Shown piece after piece: positions 62,785 through 64,000 of a stretch of DNA of 64,000 bases. The notes under the pieces were generated by a model. It ran no database searches. It saw nothing but the letters and a program-made list of their open reading frames with translations, and was not told the DNA's origin. Position numbers and translations under genes: made by a program. The stretch's first letter is position 1. Each line of letters begins with the position of its first letter. The stretch comes from Macrostomum lignano (lineage: Eukaryota): positions 1 through 64,000 of the forward strand of contig NIVC01002414.1 in the NCBI GenBank assembly GCA_002269645.1. Reading direction: 5' to 3'.

Positions 62785-64000
62785 ATGCTAGCCGACTGGA
62801 CCCAACAAGAAGTGCTCACTGGCACAACCATCATGGCTGTTGAATACAACGGCGGCGTTGTGATTGGCGCCGACTCGCGCACCTCATCCGGAACCTACGT
62901 GACCAATCGAACGCAGGACAAGCTGACGCCCCTGACCGAGTACATCTATTGCTGCCGCTCCGGTTCGGCCGCCGACACCCAGGCCATAGCTGATCACGTT
63001 CGCTATTATTTGGATTTTAGCCGAATCTCGCAGGGCCGCGAGCCGACAGTTCGATATGCGGCGCACGTTATGCAGAGCATCCTGTATAACAATAGAGATA
63101 ATCTATCCGCCGCTGTCATCGTTGCCGGTTGGGACGAAGTTAATGGTAAAAGTTTCAGCCTTTAATTTCAAACAGTCTTTTTGAAATCTGTGATATGTGA
63201 TATTGGCGCTCTCTGATTTTTAATCTTTTAATCGGCCTTCTTTTAGTCTTTTTGGTCTGTTCAGGTCTTTGTCGCTACCTAGTCTTGTTCTGGTCTTTGT
63301 CGCTACCTAGTCTTGTTCTGGTCTTTGTCGCTACCTAGTCTTGTTCTGGTCTTTGTCGCTACCTAGTCTTGTTCTGGTCTTTGTCCCTACCTAGTCTTCT
63401 GGTCTTTGTCGCTACCTAGTCTTGTTCTTGTCTTTGTCTCTACCTAGTCTTCAGGTCTTTGTCGCTACCTAGTCTTGTTCTGGTCTTTGTCCCTACCTAG
63501 TCTTGTTCTGGTCTTTGTCCCTACCTAGTCTTGTTCTGGTCTTTGTCCCTACCTAGTCTTCTGGTCTTTGTCGCTACCTAGTCTTGTTCTGGTCTTTGTC
63601 GCTACCTAGTCTTGTTCTGGTCTTTGTCCCTACCTAGTCTTCTGGTCTTTGTCGCTACCTAGTCTTGTTCTTGTCTTTGTCCCTACCTAGTCTTCAGGTC
63701 TTTGTCGCTACCTAGTCTTGTTCTGGTCTTTGTCGCTACCTAGACTTGTTCTGGTCTCTGTCCCTACCTAATCTTTTAGTCTTTGTCTCCAGAACTTGTT
63801 AAGGTATTTGTCCCCAAATCAGTCTTTTTCAGGTGGTCTTTATTCTCTAGTTGTCTTCCATTTTCTTTCTCTAGTCTTAGTTTTCCCCTATTTTATTGTA
63901 GACCCAGTATTCGGTTATCTTTGACTGTATACGCCTGCATATAAATCTGCCAATTGCTTGTGCGTGTCCGCAGGCGGCCAGGTGTACTGCATCCCCCTTG
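62785..64000 (+). CDS. PSMB6: Proteasome subunit beta type-6, second copy (exon 1 62785-63145; exon 2 starts at 63974 and runs off the window)
   Basis: Translation identical to the left copy, with the same splice sites. Confidence 0.92.

Larger units (their letters stand above)
50462..64000. repeat. Inverted duplication, right arm (runs off the window)
   Basis: Reverse complement of 27466-44162, minus the MITE and minus 31406-34159. Confidence 0.97.

Noticed and set aside
62785-64000. Second PSMB6 as a diverged paralogue
   Set aside because: The translation is identical and it lies inside the inverted duplication, so it is not an independent gene-family expansion.

Overview
This is eukaryotic (animal) genomic DNA, not prokaryotic. 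It has GC-rich, polyQ/polyA-rich exons, GT-AG introns that are often filled with minisatellites, and AT-rich intergenic DNA. The style suggests a free-living flatworm such as Macrostomum, but that is inference only. Genes supported by the sequence: an intronless B-type muscarinic acetylcholine receptor broken by single-base indels (906-3369, +); a 4-exon polyQ protein with a conserved-looking uncharacterised C-terminal domain (6707-9447, -); a START-domain lipid transfer gene (11485-13473, -); a signal-peptide/Cys-rich/TM gene (about 19679-25084, -); proteasome beta1 subunit PSMB6 (27212-28681, -, with a second copy from 62785, +); and a large multi-exon helical protein (46646-55247, -, with a gap-truncated copy at 39381-44162, +). 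The dominant structure is a near-identical inverted duplication, 27466-44162 versus 50462-64000, across a 204-N gap. It may be real or may be two haplotypes mis-scaffolded. Comparing the arms shows a 401-bp hAT MITE with its empty site and a 2754-bp microhomology deletion that removes a LINE RT ORF. Other elements: a Crypton/DUF3504-like tyrosine-recombinase fragment bounded by perfect 26-bp inverted repeats, a tRNA-derived CORE-type SINE whose head has been amplified into a minisatellite, and a 155-bp foldback centred on GTCACGTGAC upstream of PSMB6. Most ORFs in the supplied track are translations of tandem repeats or antisense shadows. Family names come from recalled motifs, not database searches.
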